The notes under the pieces are model-generated. The model had not been told where the DNA came from. It worked only from the letters and a program-made list of their open reading frames with translations, and did no database searches. Shown here piece by piece: positions 1 through 6,954 of a stretch of DNA of 20,000 bases. Numbering within the stretch: the first letter of the stretch is position 1; each line of letters begins with the position of its first letter. The DNA comes from an uncultured virus (IMG/VR IMGVR_UViG_3300021437_000016) (lineage: Duplodnaviria > Heunggongvirae > Uroviricota > Caudoviricetes): IMG/VR virus record IMGVR_UViG_3300021437_000016; one strand, given 5' to 3'. Position numbers and translations under genes: made by a program.

Positions 1-2
1 AG

Positions 3-416
3 ATCGTTGAGGCCTACGCCAAGATCAAGGATGCCCGGACCGCCAAGAAGCGGGCCTGGGAAGCTGAAGACTCCGAGCTCGAAGCGTCGATGACCATGCT
101 CAAGCAGGTCATGCTGGCGAAGCTCAACGCGATCGGCGGTAAGTCGGTCGCCACCAACCACGGCACGATCTACCGCACAGAGAAGATCAAGCCGAGCGCT
201 GCGGACTGGCAGGTGGTCTACACGTGGATCATGGCAGACCCGGATCGCTTCGAGGTTCTGGAGCGTCGCCTCAAGCCGACGTTCATCAAACAGTTCATGG
301 ATGATAACGCCGGGGCGATACCTCCTGGGGTCAATGTCCATCGCGAGTTCGAGGTGTCGGTCCGCCGTGCCAACAGCTCATCTGAGTCGAGCAGCTTCTC
401 GACGATCAACGAGTAG
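3..416 (+). CDS. Conserved phage replication-module protein (Gam-like coiled coil, 'IPPGV' family), 5' end outside window
   Basis: Frame is open from base 3 (IVEAYAKIKDAR...). Motifs T-x-x-GTIYR, ADW and IPPGVNV...VSVRR resemble the small protein commonly found upstream of phage SSB genes. Confidence 0.7.
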   Translation: MVEAYAKIKDARTAKKRAWEAEDSELEASMTMLKQVMLAKLNAIGGKSVATNHGTIYRTEKIKPSAADWQVVYTWIMADPDRFEVLERRLKPTFIKQFMDDNAGAIPPGVNVHREFEVSVRRANSSSESSSFSTINE

Positions 417-424
417 GAGCAGCA

Positions 425-619
425 ATGCCAAGGACCCTGCGCAAGTGGCGGGCTCGACGCGTTGGTGGTAACATGACCATCAACGGTGAGGACGCTGTCA
501 CCCGGCTTGACGTGAAGATCACAAACGTCGAGTCGATCTTCCCTCCGACCTATGCCAGCGACAACTTTGTGCTCGCCACCGACAAGCGCGGTGATGTCCA
601 CAAGCTGCTCATCGGCTGA
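425..619 (+). CDS. Hypothetical phage protein (64 aa)
   Basis: AGGAG RBS at about 415-419; fills the gap between neighbouring genes; typical codon usage. Confidence 0.75.
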   Translation: MPRTLRKWRARRVGGNMTINGEDAVTRLDVKITNVESIFPPTYASDNFVLATDKRGDVHKLLIG

Positions 620-648
620 ACAATCAACCCTCGCAACAAGAGACCTTT

Positions 649-2043
649 ATGTCAAACATCACCATTGTGTCGAACGACTCGAATGCCGTCGCCGCCTGGG
701 ACCCGAACTCGGGTGCTGCCCTCCCCGCCTACCTGACCGAAACGCTGGGTGAGCTTGGATCGAACATCCCGGATCGCCAGACGGTCCCCTCACTGTCGTA
801 TGAGGGCAAGGTCTGGACCGTCGTCAAGGACGGCAACAAGACCAAGATGCAGGCTCCCAACGCCGACGGCGACATGGTGCCGCTTCCGATCATGCGCGTG
901 GTCCTGCTGGACTTCAACGCGGACCGTGGCCGGGCCTACTATACCGGCACCTACAACCCGGCTGCCGCGTCGGCTCCCACCTGCTGGTCGGCGGACGGCA
1001 AGGCACCGGACGCCAGCGTCAGGGAGAAGCAGGGCGCTATCTGCCAGACCTGCCCGATGGCTGCCAAGGGATCGAAAATCCAGGACGGCAAGGAAATGGT
1101 CGCCTGCTCGCAGCATCGCATGTTGGCGGTTGTTCCGGCGTTCGACATCAGCGCGGACCCGCTGCGCTTGAAGATTGCCGTCACCAGCGATTACGACAAG
1201 GAGCTTGTCGAGCATGGCTGGTTCGCCCTGCGCCAGTACGTGGACTTCCTGAAGTCGCGCGGCGTCAACCACACCGGTCTGGTCGTGACCAAGATCAAGT
1301 TCGACGCCAACACGGCATACCCCAAGCTGCTGTTCTCGCTCGACCGCATCCTGAGTCCGGATGAGGCCGTGCAGATGAAGAAGGCGATCGCTAACCCCAA
1401 GGTGGCCGAGCTTCTCGCTGAGAAGTGGACTGCTGCTGGCACCAATGGCACGCCGATCGACGACGCGGATATTGCCCCGCAGCCGGCGCTTCAGGCTGAG
1501 ACGCCTGCTGCACAGCAGGTCATCGAGGCGGTCGCCACACCCGCCACTTCCCCGGTTGCCGCTGTTGTGTCTGCGACGGTCGCCCCGAGCGGTCTCGCTG
1601 CTGCTGTCGCCGATGGCTGGGTCCCGCACCCGAGCGCACCGGGCTACCACTACAAGGGCCAGGACGTGAAGGCCGACGCTGAGGTGGCTGCGCTGTACAC
1701 GGCTCCCGCACCGGTCGTGGAGGCCGCGCCGCCGCCTCCGCCTGTTGTCGAGGCTGCCCCGCCCCCGGTGGTTGACCCGATGGCTGCCGCTATCGCCGAT
1801 GGCTGGGTCCCGCACCCGGGTGCCCCGGGCTACCACTACAAGGGCCAGGACGTCGTTGCTGACGGAGACCTCGCCGCTCGTTACTCGGGAAACGGGTCTG
1901 TCGCTGCGGTCGCGGCTACGTCTCCCGCTACGACGGTAAGTGCGGCCACTGCCGAACCCGCAGTGAGCGCAAGCGCCACAGCAACCGCTTCCGATGAGCC
2001 GCTCGATCCGGCCGTCGCTGCGCTGCTCAACAAGTGGACCTGA
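649..2043 (+). CDS. Putative ssDNA-binding/annealing protein with Ala/Pro-rich C-terminal extension
   Basis: N-terminal ~260 aa has RAYY..Y, P-x-CWSADG..PD, CQTCP...GS and ACSQHRMLAV motifs, as in phage SSB-like proteins located next to primase/helicase genes. The C-terminus is low-complexity with two ADGWVPHPxAPGYHYKGQDV repeats. Confidence 0.7.
   Translation: MSNITIVSNDSNAVAAWDPNSGAALPAYLTETLGELGSNIPDRQTVPSLSYEGKVWTVVKDGNKTKMQAPNADGDMVPLPIMRVVLLDFNADRGRAYYTGTYNPAAASAPTCWSADGKAPDASVREKQGAICQTCPMAAKGSKIQDGKEMVACSQHRMLAVVPAFDISADPLRLKIAVTSDYDKELVEHGWFALRQYVDFLKSRGVNHTGLVVTKIKFDANTAYPKLLFSLDRILSPDEAVQMKKAIANPKVAELLAEKWTAAGTNGTPIDDADIAPQPALQAETPAAQQVIEAVATPATSPVAAVVSATVAPSGLAAAVADGWVPHPSAPGYHYKGQDVKADAEVAALYTAPAPVVEAAPPPPPVVEAAPPPVVDPMAAAIADGWVPHPGAPGYHYKGQDVVADGDLAARYSGNGSVAAVAATSPATTVSAATAEPAVSASATATASDEPLDPAVAALLNKWT
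1607..1853 (+). repeat. 61-bp intragenic direct repeat (1607-1667 and 1793-1853)
   Basis: The two copies differ at 3 positions, offset 186 bp, and encode ADGWVPHP(S/G)APGYHYKGQDV. Confidence 0.9.
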
Positions 2044-2044
2044 T

Positions 2045-2166
2045 GGGTCTCAGCTGACCCTGAGCCACTAGGTCTAGTGGCTTGCCGACGCAATCGACAT
2101 GACGCATAATCCGATCCCCTCGCCAAGTGCGAGGGGATCATCGGCAGTGAGGTTTCAAGTGGCTCA
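2045..2166. repeat. Cluster of inverted repeats between the SSB-like and primase genes
   Basis: GGGTC/GACCC (2045-2060); AGCCACTA/TAGTGGCT (2063-2082); perfect 11-bp GATCCCCTCGC/GCGAGGGGATC (2113-2139); TGCCGA/TCGGCA (2083-2088 with 2141-2146); TGAGCCACT/AGTGGCTCA (2061-2069 with 2158-2166). Confidence 0.85.
2082..2110 (+). promoter_or_regulatory. Putative sigma70 promoter for the primase-helicase
   Basis: TTGCCG (2082-2087), 17-nt spacer, CATAAT (2105-2110), in the only intergenic gap upstream of the gene. Confidence 0.55.
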
Positions 2167-2202
2167 AACGCATCGTCCCGCGTGGATTGTCGAGGTGTGC
2201 TC

Positions 2203-5200
2203 ATGATGACGGCTGGACAATTCCTGCGCGCTATCTGGCCCAGCAGCGGTAACTTCTGCACTGCGTACCCCATCCAGACTGACAGCGGAAAACCTGCTTG
2301 GTCGCATCACGTATTCCCGACTATTACCGAAGCCGTGTCCTTCGCGCATGAGAAGAAGCATATCAAGGATATGTACTTCGCCATGTTCACCCTCGAACAG
2401 CCAAAGGTATGGGACCCCACCAAGCCGGACTATAAGACCGGTGTACTCGGTGGGTGGACCTATCGCAAGAAGCCCAACATGCTCCAGACGCGTGTCCTTT
2501 ACTTGGACATCGACGTCAACAAGGGGCTGAATAGTTACCCTGAGCAGCGCGACGCTCTCATCGCCTTGGCTGTCTTCATCAAGAAGATCGGCTTGCCTGA
2601 GCCGCTGATCGTGAACTCTGGCTACGGTGTCCACGTCTACTGGCGCTTCCCGACCCCGATCTCCTCCGCTGAGTGGCAGCCGATGGCTGACCAGCTGCAG
2701 GCGCTGGCAGTGCATCACAAGCTGCACGTCGATCCAGCCATCACGACTGACTGCGCACGCATCCTCCGCATCCCGGAGACCATCAACCACAAGTTCGGTA
2801 AGCAGGCCGACGTCACGGTCCTCGCACCCGGCGTCGAGACCTCGGTCGACCACCTGAGGAAAGTCCTGTCGGATGCGGTCATCCGTGACTCGGTTGAGGT
2901 CGAGGCCACCAAGGCACCCCGGCTGCCGGTCATAGACAATGGCCTGAAGCAGCAGACGTTCAACGATTTCGGCCCGCCGCCCAAGCTGGGTGAGGTCGTG
3001 GCAGCCTGCGGCCAGGTGCGCAACATGGTCCGCGCGCACTGCGAGGCAGGCTTCGAGCACTATGGGCGTCTGCACCACAACGCATGGTACAAGGGCTTCA
3101 TCTCGACGATCGCGTATCTCGATCAGGGCGAGGACATCTGCCGCGACCTGACCAAGCTCTGGCCGCGCAACAAGTCGGACGTCGAGGCCAAGATCGTCCA
3201 GACCAAGACCCATGGACCGTCGAAGTGCTCGACCATCGAAGCGGTCGCAGCGTCCGAGATGCCATGGGGAGACAGCCCCTGCCGTGCGTGCAAGTGGCGC
3301 GATGATGCCAGTGTCCCCAACCCGCTGGTCGCCGCGCGCCGTGGTGCGTCGGCTCCGCAGCCGACGATGGCCCCGCCCCCTCCCCCGGTGCAGCCGTTGC
3401 TTGCTGCGGTTCCGCCAGCGCCCAACCAGACGCTGTTCGCTGCTCTGCTTCCGAACCCGCCGCACCCTTACAAGCGGACCCCGGGCTACGGCATTACGCT
3501 GACGCAGACGGACAAGGACGGGAATGAGAAAACCTCGGTCATCTATCCGAACGACCTCTACCCCCTCAAGCGCCTGCTCAACCACGACACAGGCACTGAG
3601 CAGCAAGTCTGGCGCGTGGTGCTTCCCCGCACCGGGTCGCGAGACTTCACCATCGACGCGGACGTCCTCTACGACTCCCGCAAGTTCAACGTGGCGATCG
3701 CCAACAACGGTCTCTACCCCAACAAGGCCGACATCCCGGCACTGCAGGACTATATGGTAGCCTATATCAAACAGCTTCAGAAAGACATGGACGGCGAAGT
3801 TCAGAAGTCCCACCTCGGCTGGACCGATGACTGCGCATCTTTCGTTGCCCCCGACAAGACGTTCATGCCTGACGGCTCGGTGCGCCAGACATCACTGACC
3901 ACGGCAGCCCAGCGCGCCGCCCAGCATATCACGCGCAAGGGCGACCTGCAGCGCCAGGTGGAGCTTCTGCGCTTCTACAACAACCCAGCCTATGTCGGAT
4001 CGCAATTCGCCATCCTCGCGGCGCTGGGGTCGATCCTGTTCCACTTCACCGGGCATCATGGTGTGGTGGTCAATATGTCCGGCACGGCCGGCGCGTCGAA
4101 GTCCACCACGCTGTACACAGCCGCCTCACTGTTCGGCCATCCCAAGCTGTGGTCCCTGAACGGAACCAACCAAGGCGCGACCATGAAGGGCCGGGCCCAG
4201 CGTATCGCGACCAGCGGCAATTATCCGACCTGCGTCGACGAGATCACCCACATGGGTGTCAAGGACGTCAACGACATGGTCATGGGTATCACGCAGCCCA
4301 ACCACCGCCTGCGCCTCCAGTCGGACGGCACCGAGCAGGCGATGCCCGACGGGTACAAGTCGGCGATCATGCTCTCGACCGCCAACAGCTCGCTGCACTC
4401 GGTACTGTCGCTGGACAACACGGCTGGTACGGCTGGCTCGATGCGCGTCGTGGAGCTGAAGTTCGTCAAGACCAACGTCCACACCAAGGCTGAGGCCGAC
4501 ACGTTCCTGCGTGAGATCGAGCAGAACTATGGCTGGATCGGCGAGGCGTTCATCGCCTTCGTGGTGCGCAACATCGAGCTGGTCCGCAACGCCGTGCAAC
4601 GTGTCATGCAACAGATCGACGAGGAAGCTGGTATCCAGGCAGCTGAACGCTTCTGGTCAGCACCACTCACGGTCGCGCTTGTGGCCTGCGACATCGCCAA
4701 CGCCCTCGGCCTTCTGGAGTACGACCGCGAAGTGATCCACCGCTGGTATGTCGATGCCCAGATTCCCTATATGCGCGGTGTCGTGAGTGAGGAGTACCGG
4801 ACACCCCTCGCCATCCTGACCGACTACATTGCCGAGAAGCACAGCAACATTGTGGTGGTCGATCGCACCTCTTCGATGGGCGTCAACACCGGCGGGGCGA
4901 AGGTCCCCAGCGAGACATCCTATGTGGTCGGACGGCCTCCGAGCGGCCCGCTGCTCGGGCACTACGACATGAAATCGCAGACGCTCTACCTGCTCAAACA
5001 GGCGTTCAAGGAGCATTGTGGCCGGATCGGTGCAGCGTCCACCCGGGTGCTCGACGATCTCTATGCGCCGCGCGAGGCCGGGTCCCGGACCCTGAAGCGG
5101 ATCGTCCCGGACCGATCGGCCCGGCGCACCCTTGGCGCTGGCACTGAGCTGGCGAAGGGCCAGAGCTGGTGCTTCGCTGTCGACATGAGCCACCCGGAGA

Positions 5201-5286
5201 TTTCCGGAGCCACACCACTGTCCACGGTTCAGGGTGGGGCCCAGGCTCCGACTGCGCCGGCGGGTAACCTGAGGAGCGTGCCGTGA
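2203..5286 (+). CDS. Primase-helicase: RepB-like AEP primase + Cys-rich domain + DUF927/Cch-like helicase
   Basis: AEP motifs YLDID, IVNSGYGVHVYW and D-x-ARILRIPETINHK; Cys cluster (ACGQV, KCSTI, PCRACKW); HLGW motif; Walker A-like GTAGASKST and Walker B CVDEIT. GAGGTG RBS at 2192-2197 favours ATG 2203 over GTG 2182. Confidence 0.85.
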   Translation: MMTAGQFLRAIWPSSGNFCTAYPIQTDSGKPAWSHHVFPTITEAVSFAHEKKHIKDMYFAMFTLEQPKVWDPTKPDYKTGVLGGWTYRKKPNMLQTRVLYLDIDVNKGLNSYPEQRDALIALAVFIKKIGLPEPLIVNSGYGVHVYWRFPTPISSAEWQPMADQLQALAVHHKLHVDPAITTDCARILRIPETINHKFGKQADVTVLAPGVETSVDHLRKVLSDAVIRDSVEVEATKAPRLPVIDNGLKQQTFNDFGPPPKLGEVVAACGQVRNMVRAHCEAGFEHYGRLHHNAWYKGFISTIAYLDQGEDICRDLTKLWPRNKSDVEAKIVQTKTHGPSKCSTIEAVAASEMPWGDSPCRACKWRDDASVPNPLVAARRGASAPQPTMAPPPPPVQPLLAAVPPAPNQTLFAALLPNPPHPYKRTPGYGITLTQTDKDGNEKTSVIYPNDLYPLKRLLNHDTGTEQQVWRVVLPRTGSRDFTIDADVLYDSRKFNVAIANNGLYPNKADIPALQDYMVAYIKQLQKDMDGEVQKSHLGWTDDCASFVAPDKTFMPDGSVRQTSLTTAAQRAAQHITRKGDLQRQVELLRFYNNPAYVGSQFAILAALGSILFHFTGHHGVVVNMSGTAGASKSTTLYTAASLFGHPKLWSLNGTNQGATMKGRAQRIATSGNYPTCVDEITHMGVKDVNDMVMGITQPNHRLRLQSDGTEQAMPDGYKSAIMLSTANSSLHSVLSLDNTAGTAGSMRVVELKFVKTNVHTKAEADTFLREIEQNYGWIGEAFIAFVVRNIELVRNAVQRVMQQIDEEAGIQAAERFWSAPLTVALVACDIANALGLLEYDREVIHRWYVDAQIPYMRGVVSEEYRTPLAILTDYIAEKHSNIVVVDRTSSMGVNTGGAKVPSETSYVVGRPPSGPLLGHYDMKSQTLYLLKQAFKEHCGRIGAASTRVLDDLYAPREAGSRTLKRIVPDRSARRTLGAGTELAKGQSWCFAVDMSHPEISGATPLSTVQGGAQAPTAPAGNLRSVP

Positions 5287-5573
5287 CTAACCTCGTACAG
5301 ATCGCAGCGACCCTTGAGGCGCTGGCAGCGAAGGTAACGCCGGGAGAGTGGGAGGTTGAACAGCCGCTGGATCATGAGTTGTGGCTGGTCGAAGCAGGCC
5401 TTCCCAACCCAGAGTGGCGCGTCATCAGCGGCCTACCTTTCCCCGATGAGAAGGGTGATATTCCGAAGCGTCAGGTGGAAGCCAATGCCGCCCTGATCGT
5501 CGCCCTGCGCAACAACCTCCCCACGATCATAACTGCGCTCAAGGCAATGGAGGAACAGACCGATGGCGAGTGA
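5283..5573 (+). CDS. Ead/Ea22-like phage protein
   Basis: LEALAAKVTPGEW...EANAALIVALRNNLP matches the TPGxW...NAxxI signature; GTGA overlap with the helicase stop; GAGGAG RBS. Confidence 0.75.
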   Translation: MTNLVQIAATLEALAAKVTPGEWEVEQPLDHELWLVEAGLPNPEWRVISGLPFPDEKGDIPKRQVEANAALIVALRNNLPTIITALKAMEEQTDGE

Positions 5574-5826
5574 CCTAGCACAGATCGAAGCGACCTGTCA
5601 GACGTGCCGGTGGTTCGTGAAGCATGAACCGCAGTTCATCTATGGCGATTGCCACCGCTACCCGGCGACTTTCAACTTTCACGCGAACATCAGTGACCCG
5701 GCAGAATGGAGGTCGGAGCGATTTAGGATCGATGTGATACGCGAGCGAAACGCTGTTTGGCCGAACATTCACCAAGATGAGTTCTGCGGCGAACACCAAC
5801 TGAAGGAACAGACCGATGGCGAGTGA
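5551..5826 (+). repeat. Perfect 23-bp direct repeat at two consecutive gene junctions
   Basis: AGGAACAGACCGATGGCGAGTGA at 5551-5573 and 5804-5826; each copy contains an RBS-like sequence, the next ATG and the previous stop. Confidence 0.95.
5563..5826 (+). CDS. Small Cys-rich (putative metal-binding) phage protein, 87 aa
   Basis: CQTCRWF...GDCHRYP...WP...FCGEH pattern; translationally coupled to both neighbours. Confidence 0.8.
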   Translation: MASDLAQIEATCQTCRWFVKHEPQFIYGDCHRYPATFNFHANISDPAEWRSERFRIDVIRERNAVWPNIHQDEFCGEHQLKEQTDGE

Positions 5827-6043
5827 TCTTGTAGAGCGGTTGCGGGACCAAGTGCCACAAGGAACGCCGTTGTCCGTATGCCATATGCTCGACGAAGCAG
5901 CCGACCGCATCACCGAACTGGAAGCGGAGGTCGAGCGGCTCAAGAACCTCGCAAAACAGAACAACAATTTGGCGAAGATGTACAAGCAGCAGGCCGACGA
6001 GTTTCGCGCCAAGTATGTCTCCGCAGCAGGAGGACCGGATTGA
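5816..6043 (+). CDS. Small coiled-coil phage protein (DLVERLR...EAADRITELEAEVERL family)
   Basis: Common phage early-gene motif; coupled start and stop. Confidence 0.8.
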   Translation: MASDLVERLRDQVPQGTPLSVCHMLDEAADRITELEAEVERLKNLAKQNNNLAKMYKQQADEFRAKYVSAAGGPD

Positions 6044-6291
6044 TGTTTGATCTACCGAAACGCTTGCAGACCGTGGCAAAAAACATTGAAGCGCTCGGCC
6101 CGGCCAGTACCAGTGCATACCTGCTTCAAGCGGCCACAGAACTGAATGCTCACCGCGACCGCATCACCCAGCAGGACGCGGTTATCGCGGGGCTGGTGGA
6201 GGCGCTGGAGCGCATCGCAAACATGGAAATGCACCCAGAGTTGATCGCCCGCGCCGCCCTCGCAAAAGCCAAGGAGAGCCGTGATGTCTGA
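6043..6291 (+). CDS. Hypothetical phage early protein, 82 aa (MFDLPKRL...)
   Basis: AGGAGG RBS and TGATG overlap at 6041-6045; LVEALERIA...IARAALAKA motif. Start trimmed from the 5878 ORF. Confidence 0.8.
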   Translation: MFDLPKRLQTVAKNIEALGPASTSAYLLQAATELNAHRDRITQQDAVIAGLVEALERIANMEMHPELIARAALAKAKESRDV

Positions 6292-6379
6292 ACCGAGCGC
6301 GTGGCTGTATGACTGCAATCCGCAAAAATACCGTTTGACAATATCGGACGCACCCTATATTCAATGGCGCAGGGGATGA
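6284..6379 (+). pseudogene. Probable truncated early gene (MSEPSAWLY..., 31 codons)
   Basis: Good RBS (AAGGAG) and an EPxAW-type N-terminus common in phage early proteins, but the frame runs into the AT-rich promoter and stops at 6379. Confidence 0.4.
6335..6361 (+). promoter_or_regulatory. Sigma70-type promoter with operator-like inverted repeat
   Basis: Consensus -35 TTGACA (6335-6340); -10 region CCTATATT/TATTCA (6354-6363); inverted repeat AATATCGG-N6-CCTATATT (6340-6361, 7/8 match). Confidence 0.7.
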
Positions 6380-6402
6380 CCTCGCCGACAGGAGAATGTG
6401 AG

Positions 6403-6606
6403 ATGACTACCGCCAGAACCTACAAAGGGTTTGAGATACGGAACAAGACTTGGAGCAAGGGCTATGCAGTCTACGATCCGAGGTTCCCGAAATCCCCGTT
6501 GCAGTTCGCTGATACGCTTGTTTTGGCCCGTGGCTGGATACAAGCCTACCGCAACGGTACCACTTGGGCGGTGCTTTCCGTTCTGAACGAGGGCGAGCGC
6601 ACATGA
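6403..6606 (+). CDS. Small orphan protein, 67 aa (MTTARTYKGFEI...), candidate anti-defence protein
   Basis: AGGAGA RBS at 6390-6395; first gene after the promoter; start trimmed from 6364. Confidence 0.75.
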   Translation: MTTARTYKGFEIRNKTWSKGYAVYDPRFPKSPLQFADTLVLARGWIQAYRNGTTWAVLSVLNEGERT

Positions 6607-6785
6607 TGGGCTGGCTGTTAAGTATCCTTCCGCGCAAGTGGCTTCAAGACGCGCTGTATGAGCAATTCTTGAGGACACTACCACGCGGAGAGTTTTGGCG
6701 GCTCCATCATTGGGGTGCAACTGGAAATCCGAAGCACCATGAGTTTCAATGGGCAGACCACATAGGAGATAACGATGGACGCTGA
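6603..6785 (+). CDS. Small Trp/His-rich orphan protein, 60 aa
   Basis: ATGA overlap with the upstream stop; its stop overlaps the next gene. Confidence 0.65.
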   Translation: MMGWLLSILPRKWLQDALYEQFLRTLPRGEFWRLHHWGATGNPKHHEFQWADHIGDNDGR

Positions 6786-6954
6786 TGACATGGCTGATGC
6801 TCTGACATGGCATCTGAATAAAGATAGTTGGAAGGCGGTTTTTCTTGGCCTTGGTGAGATCAAGTTCACCAATGAGAACGGCGATGAATACCGGCTTACT
6901 GTCGAAGAGTGGGATGCCGAGTGGGACGATAGTGTGCCGGAGGACGAAGATTGA
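6775..6954 (+). CDS. Highly acidic 59-aa protein, candidate DNA-mimic/anti-CRISPR (absent from the ORF track)
   Basis: Hand translation: MDADDMADALTWHLNKDSWKAVFLGLGEIKFTNENGDEYRLTVEEWDAEWDDSVPEDED; 19 D/E versus 4 K/R; AGGAGA RBS; stop overlaps the HTH TTG start (TTGA). Confidence 0.75.
   Translation: MDADDMADALTWHLNKDSWKAVFLGLGEIKFTNENGDEYRLTVEEWDAEWDDSVPEDED

Noticed and set aside
2045..2166. tRNA or rho-independent terminator
   Set aside because: No cloverleaf or T-loop consensus, and no U-tract after any stem.
2164..3813. 549-aa - strand ORF (also 790-1836 and 4126-4611)
   Set aside because: Antisense shadows of high-GC genes with recognisable motifs on the + strand; no motifs of their own.
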